DNA of 64,000 bases, taken from Deltaproteobacteria bacterium. Lineage in GTDB: Bacteria; Desulfobacterota; Binatia; UTPRO1. The DNA lies in contig JAJCZP010000108.1 of assembly GCA_029262315.1 (NCBI GenBank), positions 21,449-85,448 of the forward strand, written 5' to 3'. The stretch's first letter is position 1, and each line of letters begins with the position of its first letter. Both the position numbers and the translations under genes were made by a program. A model generated the notes under the pieces. The model had not been told where the DNA came from. It ran no database searches and was given only the letters and a program-made list of their open reading frames with translations. Of this stretch, positions 47,588-58,092 are shown piece after piece.

Positions 47588-48508
47588 CTATTTCGCGTGT
47601 TGCCTGCGCGCGTCGGTGTCGTCCAAACTCACTGTGATGGGCTCACGATCGTACTGCTCCCAGAAGAGGCTTCCAGGAACGCTCTCGGCAAAGCCGAGCG
47701 CGCTCCGGAGGCGCCGGTCGCCTGGAATGAAGCCCCGTGTCAGGAGTCGGCGTAGGACCTGCTCGACTGTCCCGCGCAACCCGCATACGTAGACGACCGC
47801 CTCGCGGGGCCCGAGCGCGCCGTCCCGCAGTCCCAACAGGTGTTCGGTAGCGCCGATGCGCTGCGGTCGAAAGAAGTCATCGACCCGCCCTGTGTCGCCG
47901 TGCCATTGGTCATCTGGCCGACTCACCGTCGGGAGGTAGCGCAGGCCGCGAGATCTCGAGAGCTCCTCGAGTTCTTCTCGATAGCCGAGTTCGTGCGCGA
48001 AGCTGGCGCCGTGCAGGACAGCGTAGCGCTCGAGGGTCTGCTCCGCCGAATAGGCCGCACTCCTCACCATGCTCATGAACGGCGCGAGACCGGTTCCGGC
48101 CGCCACCAGCACACGCATGCGTCGATCGTCGCGATCGACCGTATCGTCGATCGTGAAGCGTCCCTTGGGGCGAAGCCGGACGAAGAGGCGGTTTCCGACC
48201 GGACACCCCCAGAGCAGGCGGGTCAGCGGATTCGCCGAGACGGGATCCGTGATGCGCCGGATGTAGAACTCGAGGAAGCGGTGCTCGTGAGGCGCCGAGG
48301 CTATGGACATCGGACGCTCGACTCCACCAAGCTCGGGTCGGGCATCGTTGTTGATCCCGACCGTCACGTACTGCCCAGGCGTGAACCAGGCGTCTCCGAC
48401 TGGAACGCCGTCGTCCGGGCGAACACGAAAGATCGCAAGGGTCGGACTCAGATCGACACGCGCGCTCAGTACGGCGTTGTCGTCCAGGCGGGTGGGCGCC
48501 ACCATCAC
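47588..48508 (-). CDS. ferredoxin--NAD(P)+ reductase-like FAD oxidoreductase
   Basis: F.PGQY, RPMSIAS, AGTGLAPF, YLPTVSR, YVCG, WEQY. GTGA overlap. Confidence 0.85.
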   Translation of the reverse strand: MMVAPTRLDDNAVLSARVDLSPTLAIFRVRPDDGVPVGDAWFTPGQYVTVGINNDARPELGGVERPMSIASAPHEHRFLEFYIRRITDPVSANPLTRLLWGCPVGNRLFVRLRPKGRFTIDDTVDRDDRRMRVLVAAGTGLAPFMSMVRSAAYSAEQTLERYAVLHGASFAHELGYREELEELSRSRGLRYLPTVSRPDDQWHGDTGRVDDFFRPQRIGATEHLLGLRDGALGPREAVVYVCGLRGTVEQVLRRLLTRGFIPGDRRLRSALGFAESVPGSLFWEQYDREPITVSLDDTDARRQHAK

Positions 48509-50181
48509 AGGCACTCACTTCGATGCGGCAACGTCCGCCTGCCGTCCTTCCCGCGTGTCGCCACCTTCTCCGGTCGGCGTCCTCGCCGCCACGGCCAGAG
48601 CGCCCGGAGCGCGGCCGCGCGGGCTCGTGCCAACTCACCGCCGGTATCGACTTCGATCGTCGGCTCGTCCGTGGCCAGCGGCTGGACCACCGCACGCTGA
48701 CCGACGTAGGTCTCCCACCGCGCATCCGAGACGGACGCGGCGGTCCGCGCGTCGAGGCGACGACGGGTCGTGACCTCATCCGCTTGGCAGTGCAGGAAGA
48801 GATGACGACGTCGAGATTGCCGTGCCACGCGTGCGAGGCCATCGCGGTGCGCCCGTTCCGCGAATGTAGCGTCGGCTATCACGCTGCGGCCCGCGGCGAG
48901 TGTGCGGGCGATTTCGTCCAGCAATTGCGCGTAGGTCGCATCACGGGCCCCCCTCGAGTAGCCACCGGTGTCGTACGCGCCGGGCGCTGGGGTGGCGGAC
49001 GCTCGCCGGCGAATGTCGTCCGTACTCACGAGCGCGAAGCCGGATGCCGCGGCCACGGCTTCGGCAAGCGCCGTCTTCCCCGAGCCACTGAGCCCGCAAC
49101 ACGCGATGACGACCGGCTCGCCATCCTGCCATGCATAGCGCCCCGCCAAGCCGAAATAGTCGCGGGCACGTGCCGCGGCTGCGGTGCGCTGGTCGGCGGT
49201 AACCTCTGCCTCCGCGCTCTTCAGCGATGCGACCTTGCCGCGGACGCAGGCACGGTACCAGGCATAGAACGGTACGAGGAGTTCGAGGTCTTGATCGCCG
49301 GACGCGGCGACGTAGGAGGCGGTGAAATGCTCCGCCAGGTCGTGGTGGCCAAGCCGCTCGAGATCCATCGCCAGGAAGGCCACCTCGGACGCAACGTCGT
49401 TGGCTCTGAGAGCCGGAGAGAACTCGATACAGTCGAACACGTAGAGTCCGGGCTCGAGTGGCGGCAAGCCGTCGATCGCCGGCAGTGCCACCTCGAGATC
49501 GCACACGTGCTCGGCGTGCAGGTCGCCGTGCCCCTCACGGATGTGCCCGCCCGCCTGACGGGTACGCAGAAGAGTTTCGTGTCGGGCGATGAAGCTCGGC
49601 CCGAAGTCGGCGAAGATCTCGTAATCCTCAGCGGACAGGGTTCGACCTACGAACGGAGCCTCGACGAGGGCGTTCTCCTCGCACAGCGCGCGCAAGGCTT
49701 CTGGATCCGCATACGCGGCGATGGTGGAATCGCGTGTCGTCTCGGCATGAAAGGCCGCCAGGCGTTCGGCCAAACGCGCGAGGAGTGCTGGCCCGACCGC
49801 TCCCCGCTCCAGCAGCGACTCGAGCATGCGTTCGGCTGGCAGGCGGCGCATCCACACGACGTGGGCGACCGGCGTCCCCGCGCCTCCTAGTACTACCTGC
49901 CCAGCGGAATTCTCAGTGATTGGTACAACGCCCAGATACACGCCCGGTGCGAGCCTCGAGTTCAGGCGGACTTCCTCCTCGCAGAAGTAGCGCCGCCGCT
50001 CTGCCGTTCCAAAGTCGAGAAACGAGAAGCACACCGCCTTTTTGAGTTTGTACACGTATTGGCCGGCCAAGAAGACGTGCGAGATATGCGTTTGCACGTG
50101 CTCCACCCGCTCCGGGCGGTGCGGATAAAAGCTCGGATCCGCCAAGGCGGCGACGATCCTCTCCTGTGCTAGGGAGTCCAC
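48505..50181 (-). CDS. bifunctional aminoglycoside-phosphotransferase-like / AAA_33 kinase (COG2187-COG0645, Rv2004c-like)
   Basis: QTHIS.VFL, KLKK, EEVRLN.RLAP, EGHGDLH, DCIEF, AFLAMDL, GLSGSGKT, DATF. Confidence 0.9.
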   Translation of the reverse strand: MDSLAQERIVAALADPSFYPHRPERVEHVQTHISHVFLAGQYVYKLKKAVCFSFLDFGTAERRRYFCEEEVRLNSRLAPGVYLGVVPITENSAGQVVLGGAGTPVAHVVWMRRLPAERMLESLLERGAVGPALLARLAERLAAFHAETTRDSTIAAYADPEALRALCEENALVEAPFVGRTLSAEDYEIFADFGPSFIARHETLLRTRQAGGHIREGHGDLHAEHVCDLEVALPAIDGLPPLEPGLYVFDCIEFSPALRANDVASEVAFLAMDLERLGHHDLAEHFTASYVAASGDQDLELLVPFYAWYRACVRGKVASLKSAEAEVTADQRTAAAARARDYFGLAGRYAWQDGEPVVIACCGLSGSGKTALAEAVAAASGFALVSTDDIRRRASATPAPGAYDTGGYSRGARDATYAQLLDEIARTLAAGRSVIADATFAERAHRDGLARVARQSRRRHLFLHCQADEVTTRRRLDARTAASVSDARWETYVGQRAVVQPLATDEPTIEVDTGGELARARAAALRALWPWRRGRRPEKVATRGKDGRRTLPHRSECL

Positions 50182-50184
50182 TGC

Positions 50185-50541
50185 TCAGGAGGCCTTGACC
50201 TCGTGTGTTTTGACCTCACCACGCCGGCGTCTGGCGTAGTCTTCCAACTGGCGTCGTGCCGCGTGGAAGGCGTCGCGAATCGCGATGAAGACATCCCGGT
50301 GCGACTGCTGGTCTGCCGGATCGCGACTGACGACGAGCTCTGCGTCCGGGACGGCCAGGTCGATGCGTACATGGTACAGCTTGCCACGCTGCTGGTGACG
50401 ATGTGGGGTCTCGATGACGACCCGACAGCTCGTTATCCCCGCATAGCACGCTTCGAGTCTCTCGACCTTTTCATGAATCTTCGCCTCGACGGCGGCCGAC
50501 GGCTCCACGCCGCGAAAGGTAATCTGGACGGGTACTTTCAT
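50185..50541 (-). CDS. ribosome hibernation factor HPF/RaiA family
   Basis: VQITFR.V..S.A, ITSCRVVIE.PH, VRIDL.VP, AIRDAF..ARRQL. Confidence 0.88.
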   Translation of the reverse strand: MKVPVQITFRGVEPSAAVEAKIHEKVERLEACYAGITSCRVVIETPHRHQQRGKLYHVRIDLAVPDAELVVSRDPADQQSHRDVFIAIRDAFHAARRQLEDYARRRRGEVKTHEVKAS

Positions 50542-50601
50542 GGTGCCTCCTCCACTCCAGGACATTCGGTTCGCATGCCACGGCTGCCGTGCCGACCCGG
50601 A

Positions 50602-51300
50602 CTACCCGGTCTCGCGCACGGAGGAGGCAGTACCATATTGGTCGATGACGAGCGCGTCATGGACCTCGCGCACTCCAGCAGCATGGCGTACGACACCCAG
50701 AACGGCCTGCTTCTCGGACCAGGAGTCGATCCTTCCCGACAGGGTCACGTCCGTGTCATCGACCCGGATCACGAGGCCCGCGGCTTCCTGCTGCGCGTGG
50801 AGCTCGAGTGCATCGACGATCTCCTGACGGATGGCATCCGGATCAACGCGCTGCATGCCGATCTCGATGTTGTTGAGCACCCCTCGCACGCCCTCCAGAC
50901 TGCACACGGCGCGCTCGGCATCGTCGCTCTCCCGCAGCAGCGCAACGCGGCCGCCGAGGGTGACCCAGCCGTCAGCCACAGTGCACTGGATACGTTCGTC
51001 CGGAACACGTGTATTCCACTCGAGCGTGGCGCGTACTGCGTTCGCGATCTCGGCGTCGGGATGCCGACGGCCCCCGGGAACGACGACCTCGACCTGATCG
51101 GCCACATCGAGAACTCCCGGTACTCGGTGTGCCGCCTCTTCGGCGGCGAGCTTCTTGGCGTAGCTGCTCGTCGCCCCGAATAGGGTCACGATACCGTCGC
51201 GCACACGAACGCCGAGGGCGTCCTCTTCGACGCGCGAGTCCCAGCTCAGCGCTTGCCATACCAGATCCTCAAGGCCTCGATCACTTTTCTCTTGCGACAT
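50602..51300 (-). CDS. triple BON-domain protein (OsmY-like)
   Basis: V.DG.VTL.G ...A..V.GV..V repeats x3; AAGGAG SD. Confidence 0.9.
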   Translation of the reverse strand: MSQEKSDRGLEDLVWQALSWDSRVEEDALGVRVRDGIVTLFGATSSYAKKLAAEEAAHRVPGVLDVADQVEVVVPGGRRHPDAEIANAVRATLEWNTRVPDERIQCTVADGWVTLGGRVALLRESDDAERAVCSLEGVRGVLNNIEIGMQRVDPDAIRQEIVDALELHAQQEAAGLVIRVDDTDVTLSGRIDSWSEKQAVLGVVRHAAGVREVHDALVIDQYGTASSVRETG

Positions 51301-51345
51301 CCCACCACGCTCCTTTGCTAGTCCACGCAACTCAACCAATAGATC

Positions 51346-51361
51346 AGCAAGGGTCCTGCCA
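51346..51361 (-). promoter_or_regulatory. sigma-54 promoter (TGGCAGG-ACCC-TTGCT)
   Basis: Strong match; heads the BON-HPF-kinase-Fpr-USP unit. Confidence 0.8.
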
Positions 51362-51442
51362 TCGCGAGACCGCGGCGAATGACACGAATCAGGCAGGCCG
51401 AAGGGCGACGTTGCCACAACTGCAAATCGAGACGCTCGGGGT

Positions 51443-51458
51443 TTCCCAAAAACGGGAA
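51443..51458. promoter_or_regulatory. palindromic operator TTCCCA-N4-CGGGAA between divergent sigma-54 promoters
   Basis: TTTCCC..GGGAAA inverted repeat. Confidence 0.68.
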
Positions 51459-51487
51459 ACACTCACCGTCGTGCGTACCCGCAAGCA

Positions 51488-51503
51488 TGGTGCGACCTTT
51501 GCT
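51488..51503 (+). promoter_or_regulatory. sigma-54 promoter (TGGTGCG-ACCT-TTGCT)
   Basis: Strong match; heads the USP-PFOR unit. Confidence 0.78.
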
Positions 51504-51516
51504 TCTCAAGAATGAC

Positions 51517-51993
51517 ATGAGCCAAACGAGTCCAGTCATCGTCGTTGCAACCGACTTCTCCCCGGGGAGCGAGGCCGCGCTTCGTGCGGCGGCACGCTTG
51601 TGGTCGAAGGACACCCGCCTGACGATTCACTTGGTGCATGCCCTCGAGCCCCTGACCTTCGTCGCGCCTCCGGGTGCGTACTGGTCCGCCTACGATAAGG
51701 ACCGGACTCGCGAAGTGCGTCAGACGTTGAGTACGGCCGCGACGCGTCTGCGGAAGCGCCTTGGTCCGCGGGTCAAGATTGCGCAGCACCTGCTAGCTGG
51801 ACCCGTCGACGTGGAGATCTGCCGGCTCGCCAAACGAGAACGCGCCGATCTGATCGTCGTCGGCACACACGGCCGCACCGGCCTGGCTCATGTGCTCATT
51901 GGAAGCGTCGCCGAGCGGGTCGTACGACACGCCGGCCGGCCCGTTCTGACGGTCCCGCTGCCGAAGCGTCGCGCGAGTACCGCTCGCAGATGA
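51517..51993 (+). CDS. universal stress protein
   Basis: ATDFSPGS, DLIVVGTHGRTGL.HVLIGSVAERVVRHA. Confidence 0.93.
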   Translation: MSQTSPVIVVATDFSPGSEAALRAAARLWSKDTRLTIHLVHALEPLTFVAPPGAYWSAYDKDRTREVRQTLSTAATRLRKRLGPRVKIAQHLLAGPVDVEICRLAKRERADLIVVGTHGRTGLAHVLIGSVAERVVRHAGRPVLTVPLPKRRASTARR

Positions 51994-54900
51994 TCGCGCG
52001 ACGTGTCGTCGCGCTCGACGGCAACGAGGCGACGGCCTTGGTGGCTCATCGAGCGAGCGAGGTCATCGCCATCTATCCCATCACGCCATCGTCACCCATG
52101 GGTGAGTTGGCGGACGAATGGTCGACGCAGGGGCGGACGAATCTCTGGGGCACGATCCCGCAGGTCGTCGAGATGCAATCCGAAGGAGGCGCCGCTGGAG
52201 CCGTCCACGGCTCACTTCAGGCCGGCGCCATGACCACGACGTTTACGGCCTCGCAGGGCCTGCTGCTCATGATCCCCAACATGTACAAGATTGCGGGTGA
52301 GCTGACTGCCTACTGCATGCACGTAGCGGCGCGCACCATCGCGACGCATGCCCTGTCGATCTTCGGCGACCATTCGGACGTCATGGCGTGTCGTCAGACC
52401 GGCTTCGCGATGTTGGCATCGTGCTCCGTCCAGGAGGCGCACGACAGCGCCGCGATCGCACACGCCGCGACGCTCCGCGCCCGCGTGCCGTTTCTGCACT
52501 TCTTCGACGGGTTCCGCACTTCCCACGAAGTCGCGCCGATCGAGGCCCTGAGCGAGGACGACCTCTCCAGCCTCATCGACGAGCCGTCCGTTCGCGCCCA
52601 TCGCGAGCGCGCGCTCACGCCCGACAAACCCGTCTTGCGAGGGACGGCCCAGAATCCGGATGTCTTCTTTCAGGCACGCGAGGCTGCCAACTGCTTCTAC
52701 GACGCCTGCCCCGCCATCGTACAAGAAATGATGGACCGTTTCGCAGAGCTCACCGGCCGCCGCTATCAGCTCTTCGACTACGCGGGTCACCCCGACGCCG
52801 ACCGGATCGTCGTCGTCATGGGATCCGGCGCCGACACAGTCCGAGAAACCGTGGAGTGGTTGGTCGCGGCGGGCGAACGAGTGGGCGTCGTTACCGTACG
52901 CCTCTACCGCCCCTTCTCGGTGGCGGCCTTCACGGAAGCGCTCCCCTGCTCGGCGCGTAGCATCGCGGTCCTCGACCGCACTAAAGAGCCTGGTGCTGTT
53001 GGCGAGCCATTGTATCAGGACGTTGTTGCCGCGCTGGTGGCAAGCGGACGGTTTCGCGACACGGCAGACCTGCGCGTCGTTGGCGGGCGCTACGGCCTGT
53101 CCTCGAAGGAGTTCACGCCGGCGATGGCCAAGGCGGTCTTCGACGAGTTGGCGTCCAGCGCACCACGCACCGGGTTCACCGTCGGCATCGTCGACGACGT
53201 CACCCACACCTCGCTTCCGGTCGACGCTGACTTCGCCATCGAGTCGGACGACACCGTGCGCGCCGTATTCTTTGGCCTTGGCTCCGACGGGACGGTCGGT
53301 GCGAACAAGAACTCGATCAAGATCATTGCCGAAGAGACCGATCACTACGCGCAAGGGTACTTCGTGTACGATTCCAAGAAGGCGGGGGCGATGACGATTT
53401 CGCATCTCCGCTTCGGTCCGCGCCCGATCGGATGCCATTACCTGATTCGTGAGGCGAGTTTCGTCGCCTGCCATCAGTTCGGCTTCTTGGAGCGCTACGA
53501 TGTGCTGGCGTACGCCGCGCCAGGCGCAACACTGCTGTTGAACGCGCCACACCCGCCCGATCAGCTTTGGGATCACCTTCCACGTGAGGTCCAGGAACAG
53601 ATTCTCGAGAAGAAGCTCGACGTCTATACGATCGACGCGTATCGCGTGGCCGGCGAGGCGGGCATGGGACGTCGCATCAATACCGTCATGCAAACATGCT
53701 TCTTCGCGATCTCGGGTGTACTTCCACCTGACGACGCAATCGCCAAGATCAAACAGACCATCGCGAAGACCTACGGCAAGAAGGGCGAGGCGGTCGTCGC
53801 ACGTAACTTCGCGGTCGTTGACACCACGCTCGCTCATCTGCATCGCCTCGCCCCCGGCACAGAGATTACCGCCTCACATGACCGCCCTCCGATGGTAGCC
53901 GAGGAGGCGCCGGACTTCGTGCAACGCGTGACGGCCGTGATGCTGGCCAATCAGGGCGATCTCCTTCCGGTCAGCGCCTTCCCGGTGGACGGTACGTGGC
54001 CGACGGGAACGAGCAAGTGGGAGAAGCGCAATATCGCGCTCGAGATCCCCGTGTGGGACGACGCGGTCTGCATCCAATGCAACAAGTGTGTCCTGGCCTG
54101 CCCGCACGCGGCCATCCGGGCGAAAGTCTATGACGTTCCCGCGCTCGAGGGTGCTCCCTCGACCTTCGCAACGACCGACTATCGAGCCTCCGACTTCAAG
54201 GGAGCCCAGTATACCTTGCAGGTCGCGCCCGAGGACTGCACCGGCTGCGAGCTTTGTGTCGCCGTCTGCCCGGCCAAGGACAAGGCGAACCCGAGGCACA
54301 AGGCCATCAACATGGCGCCCCAGGGGCCTCTGCGGGAGCAAGAGCGCGAGAACTACGCATTCTTCCTGTCCATCCCCGAGGTCGACCGTAGCGTGGTGAA
54401 GCTCGACAACAAGGGCACGCAGTTCCTGGAGCCTCTCTTCGAGTACTCGGGTGCATGCGCGGGGTGTGGTGAAACCCCCTACCTCAAACTCCTCAGCCAA
54501 TTGTTCGGCGATCGACTGCTGATCGCCAACGCGACCGGCTGCTCTTCGATCTACGGTGGGAATCTTCCCACGACACCATATACGACCAATCGCGATGGGC
54601 GCGGCCCGGCCTGGTCCAACTCGCTCTTCGAGGACAACGCCGAGTTCGGCCTCGGCATGCGGCTCGCGCTCGATGCCCACATTGATCACGACACGATCCT
54701 GCTTCGTACGCTGGCGGGCCAGGTCGGTGAGACCCTCGCCGAGGCCTTGCTCACCGCCGATCAATCGAGCGAGGCCGGGATCGCCGCACAGCGGGAGCGG
54801 GTGGCAGCCCTCCGTGTGAAGCTCCGCGACCTCGAAGGCGTCGACGCACGTCGCCTCGAACACCTCGCCGACTACCTCGTTCGCAAGAGCGTGTGGCTCG

Positions 54901-55580
54901 TCGGTGGCGATGGATGGGCCTACGACATCGGCTTCGGCGGGCTCGACCACGTCCTCAGTCTGCGCCGCGACGTGAACGTTCTGGTCCTCGACACCGAGGC
55001 CTACTCGAACACGGGAGGCCAACAATCGAAGGCGACCCCGCTCGGCGCCGCGGCGAAATTTGCCGCGGCCGGCAAGAGCATCGCCAAGAAGGATCTCGGA
55101 CTCGAAGCCATGAGCTACGGCCACGTCTATGTCGCTCGCATTGCCTTTGGCGCCCGCGACATCCAGACGGTCAACGCGCTCCGTGAAGCGGAGGCCTTTC
55201 CAGGACCGTCGCTCGTGATCGCGTACAGCCACTGCATCGCTCACGGCTACGATATGGCGCATGGCGCTGAGCAACAGAAGCTCGCGGTCGACTCCGGAAT
55301 CTGGCCGCTCTACCGCTTTGATCCACGGCGCGTCGAAGATGGAGAGCCGCCACTCCATCTCGACTCAGGCGCACCCAAGGTCTCCGTCGAACGCTACATG
55401 CGCAACGAGGCACGCTTTCGGATGGTCGAGAAGCAGGACCCTGCACGTTTCAAGTTGCTTCAGGCGCTGGCCTCACGTGACGCGGAGAGACGGATCGCCA
55501 TCTACCAGCAGCTGGCGGGCTTGAAAGTACCGCGGAGCGACGACCGGACGAAGGAGGATGCGGATCAGTCAGCCGCGTAG
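51990..55580 (+). CDS. nifJ: pyruvate:ferredoxin (flavodoxin) oxidoreductase
   Basis: YPITPS, MQSEGGAAG, two 4Fe-4S motifs, ACAGCGE, ATGCSSI, GGDGWAYDIG, YSNTGGQ; 1196 aa. Confidence 0.96.
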   Translation: MIARRVVALDGNEATALVAHRASEVIAIYPITPSSPMGELADEWSTQGRTNLWGTIPQVVEMQSEGGAAGAVHGSLQAGAMTTTFTASQGLLLMIPNMYKIAGELTAYCMHVAARTIATHALSIFGDHSDVMACRQTGFAMLASCSVQEAHDSAAIAHAATLRARVPFLHFFDGFRTSHEVAPIEALSEDDLSSLIDEPSVRAHRERALTPDKPVLRGTAQNPDVFFQAREAANCFYDACPAIVQEMMDRFAELTGRRYQLFDYAGHPDADRIVVVMGSGADTVRETVEWLVAAGERVGVVTVRLYRPFSVAAFTEALPCSARSIAVLDRTKEPGAVGEPLYQDVVAALVASGRFRDTADLRVVGGRYGLSSKEFTPAMAKAVFDELASSAPRTGFTVGIVDDVTHTSLPVDADFAIESDDTVRAVFFGLGSDGTVGANKNSIKIIAEETDHYAQGYFVYDSKKAGAMTISHLRFGPRPIGCHYLIREASFVACHQFGFLERYDVLAYAAPGATLLLNAPHPPDQLWDHLPREVQEQILEKKLDVYTIDAYRVAGEAGMGRRINTVMQTCFFAISGVLPPDDAIAKIKQTIAKTYGKKGEAVVARNFAVVDTTLAHLHRLAPGTEITASHDRPPMVAEEAPDFVQRVTAVMLANQGDLLPVSAFPVDGTWPTGTSKWEKRNIALEIPVWDDAVCIQCNKCVLACPHAAIRAKVYDVPALEGAPSTFATTDYRASDFKGAQYTLQVAPEDCTGCELCVAVCPAKDKANPRHKAINMAPQGPLREQERENYAFFLSIPEVDRSVVKLDNKGTQFLEPLFEYSGACAGCGETPYLKLLSQLFGDRLLIANATGCSSIYGGNLPTTPYTTNRDGRGPAWSNSLFEDNAEFGLGMRLALDAHIDHDTILLRTLAGQVGETLAEALLTADQSSEAGIAAQRERVAALRVKLRDLEGVDARRLEHLADYLVRKSVWLVGGDGWAYDIGFGGLDHVLSLRRDVNVLVLDTEAYSNTGGQQSKATPLGAAAKFAAAGKSIAKKDLGLEAMSYGHVYVARIAFGARDIQTVNALREAEAFPGPSLVIAYSHCIAHGYDMAHGAEQQKLAVDSGIWPLYRFDPRRVEDGEPPLHLDSGAPKVSVERYMRNEARFRMVEKQDPARFKLLQALASRDAERRIAIYQQLAGLKVPRSDDRTKEDADQSAA

Positions 55581-55586
55581 AACCCT

Positions 55587-56576
55587 ATGGATCTTGCGAC
55601 GACCTATCTCGGCTTCCAGCTCCCGCATCCACTGATGCCCGGGGCATCGCCGCTGATCGAGAATCTCGACACGGTCCGAGAACTCGAGGACGCCGGCGCG
55701 GCGGCGATTGTGATGCGTTCGCTGTTCGAGGAGCAGATCACGGCCGAGCAACTCGGGGCCTTCCACAGCATGGAGTTGCATGCGGGCTCCCATCCCGAGG
55801 CACAGTCGTATTTCCCCGACACCGACGTTTTCGCGCTCGGCCCCGATGAGTACCTCGAGAAGATTCGCCGTATCAAAGAGGCGGTCGCGGTGCCGGTCAT
55901 CGCCTCGCTGAACGGTACGAGCATGGGGGGGTGGTTGGATTTCTCCCGGCGCATGGTCGAGGCGGGGGCCGACGCGCTCGAGCTGAACGTCTACTACCTG
56001 GCGACGGACCCCGACGAGAACGCCGCCATGGTGGAGGGGCGCATCGTCGAGATGCTCCGCGCCGTCAAGGCGCAGGTGCCAGTTCCCGTCGCGGTCAAAC
56101 TCTCGCCCTTCTACTCCGCGCTCGCGCATCTGGCGCGCGAGCTCGATCGTGCCGGTGCCGACGGCCTCGTGCTCTTCAATCGATTTTATCAGCCCGATAT
56201 CGACGTCGAGGCTCTCGAGGTCGATCGTCGGCTGCATCTCTCGGACTCGAGCGAGCTACCACTGCGATTGCGCTGGCTCGCGATCCTCGACGGCCACGTG
56301 CGTGCGTCCCTCGCGTGCTCGGGCGGAGTGCATTCCAGCCTTGACGCCATCAAGGCCGTCATGTGCGGCGCCCATGCCGTGCAGATGGTGTCCGGCCTCC
56401 TCCGGCGCGGGCCGGATCAACTGCGCACGATACGCCAGGAGATCGCGGAGTGGTTGGAGACCCACGAATACGATTCCTTGCAGCAGATGCAGGGCAGCAT
56501 GAGCCTCATTCATTGCCCCGATCCGAGCGCGTACGAACGCACCAATTACACCGAGATCCTTCATACTTGGCGCTAA
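55587..56576 (+). CDS. dihydroorotate dehydrogenase-like FMN protein (nifJ-associated type)
   Basis: MDL.TTYLG, SLFEEQ, IASLNG, VKLSP, FNRFYQPD. Lacks the class-1 catalytic SCP. Confidence 0.88.
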   Translation: MDLATTYLGFQLPHPLMPGASPLIENLDTVRELEDAGAAAIVMRSLFEEQITAEQLGAFHSMELHAGSHPEAQSYFPDTDVFALGPDEYLEKIRRIKEAVAVPVIASLNGTSMGGWLDFSRRMVEAGADALELNVYYLATDPDENAAMVEGRIVEMLRAVKAQVPVPVAVKLSPFYSALAHLARELDRAGADGLVLFNRFYQPDIDVEALEVDRRLHLSDSSELPLRLRWLAILDGHVRASLACSGGVHSSLDAIKAVMCGAHAVQMVSGLLRRGPDQLRTIRQEIAEWLETHEYDSLQQMQGSMSLIHCPDPSAYERTNYTEILHTWR

Positions 56577-56598
56577 GCCGCCCCGCGGAGAGCCTTCC

Positions 56599-58077
56599 AT
56601 GACCGAAGTCGATATCCGATCCGACCAACTGTCCCGGTTCCGCCCGATCGTCGGCCGGCACCGCCACTATCGCGCCGCCAAAATCGCCGAGCTGATTCGG
56701 ACGCGCCTCGAGGGCCGCGCCCTCTGGAACGTCAATACGACTGCCGCCGGTGGCGGTGTCGCCGAGATGCTCCATGTGCTCCTGCCCTACGTTCGCGGCG
56801 CCGGTGCCGATGCCCGTTGGCTCGTGATGGACGGCGATCCGGACTTCTTTCGAGTCACGAAGCGCCTGCACCACGCATTGCATGGCTCGCTCGGTGACGG
56901 CTCGCCTCTGGACGACGACGCGCACGCGATCTACGACGCGTGCGCCCGCGCCAACCTTCCCTACCTCGACCGGGTGCGCCCGCGAGACATCGTCCTGCTC
57001 CACGACCCGCAGACGGCGGGCCTCGCCGCGCCGCTCATGGAGGCCGGTGCGCAGGTGATCTGGCGATGTCATATCGGCCACGACGGGAGGGACGCCGAGG
57101 TGGAGGCGGGATGGCATTTCCTCGACCGCTACCTCCGTGACGTTCCGGCCTTCGTGTTCTCGCGCCGTGCCTACGTGCCGCGACAGTACCAGTCGCGAAC
57201 GACGATCATCACGCCGAGTATCGACGCGTTCTGTCCGAAGAACCAAGAGCTCGACGACGATACCGCGCGCGCGATTCTCGTGCACACCGGGCTCGTCGAG
57301 GGGCCCATGGGTCCCGGATCGCCAACCTTCACACGCAACGACGGCACGTCCGCCGACGTCAATCGCCGTGCCGAGGTCGTCCGGTCCGGGCGAGCCCCGA
57401 GCTGGGACACCCCGCTCGTCGTACAGGTGTCGCGGTGGGACCCCTTGAAGGACATGGCCGGCGTCATGCACGGCTTCGCGCGACTGGCGGAGACCGATGC
57501 TTCGCTCGGGGCGCATCTCGTGCTCGCCGGCCCGAACGTGAGCGCGGTCACCGATGATCCCGAGGGTGCTGTGACCTTCAAAGAGGTCGTCGCCGCCTGG
57601 GGGGCATTGCCCGCCGAGATCAGGGAGCGCGTACACTTGGCGTCGCTTCCCATGGCAGACATCCAGGAAAACGCCGCCATGGTGAACGCACTGCAACGAC
57701 ATGCGGCCATCATCGTGCAGAAGAGCTTGCACGAGGGATTCGGTCTGACCGTGACGGAGGCGATGTGGAAGAGACGCCCGGTCGTCGCCAGCGCCGTTGG
57801 GGGCATTCAGGACCAGATCGTCGACGGGGTGCACGGCGTGCTCCTGCGCGATCCGACCGACCTCCAGGCCTTCTCGGACGCCATGGCCGGTATCCTAGAC
57901 AACGACGAGCTCGCCGCCCACCTCGGCAAGAACGCCGAGGAACGTGTGCGTGAGCGCTTCCTCGGACTCGGGCACCTGGTCAAGTACGCTCGCTTGATCG
58001 ATCGGCTCGACCGCGAACGTGGCGCCAAGCGCCGCGCGCCCGCCCGTCAGACCGACCCGAGCCGTGCCCGTCGGTAG
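56599..58077 (+). CDS. GT4 glycosyltransferase, TreT-like trehalose synthase
   Basis: NTTA.GGGVAEML, HDPQ, WRCH, VSRWDPLKD, QKS..EGFGLTVTEAMWK. Confidence 0.87.
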   Translation: MTEVDIRSDQLSRFRPIVGRHRHYRAAKIAELIRTRLEGRALWNVNTTAAGGGVAEMLHVLLPYVRGAGADARWLVMDGDPDFFRVTKRLHHALHGSLGDGSPLDDDAHAIYDACARANLPYLDRVRPRDIVLLHDPQTAGLAAPLMEAGAQVIWRCHIGHDGRDAEVEAGWHFLDRYLRDVPAFVFSRRAYVPRQYQSRTTIITPSIDAFCPKNQELDDDTARAILVHTGLVEGPMGPGSPTFTRNDGTSADVNRRAEVVRSGRAPSWDTPLVVQVSRWDPLKDMAGVMHGFARLAETDASLGAHLVLAGPNVSAVTDDPEGAVTFKEVVAAWGALPAEIRERVHLASLPMADIQENAAMVNALQRHAAIIVQKSLHEGFGLTVTEAMWKRRPVVASAVGGIQDQIVDGVHGVLLRDPTDLQAFSDAMAGILDNDELAAHLGKNAEERVRERFLGLGHLVKYARLIDRLDRERGAKRRAPARQTDPSRARR

Positions 58078-58092
58078 GGAGCCCGAGGATTC

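Noticed and set aside
55587-56576. pyrD assignment
   Set aside because: It lacks the ELNxSCP catalytic loop and there are no pyr genes nearby.
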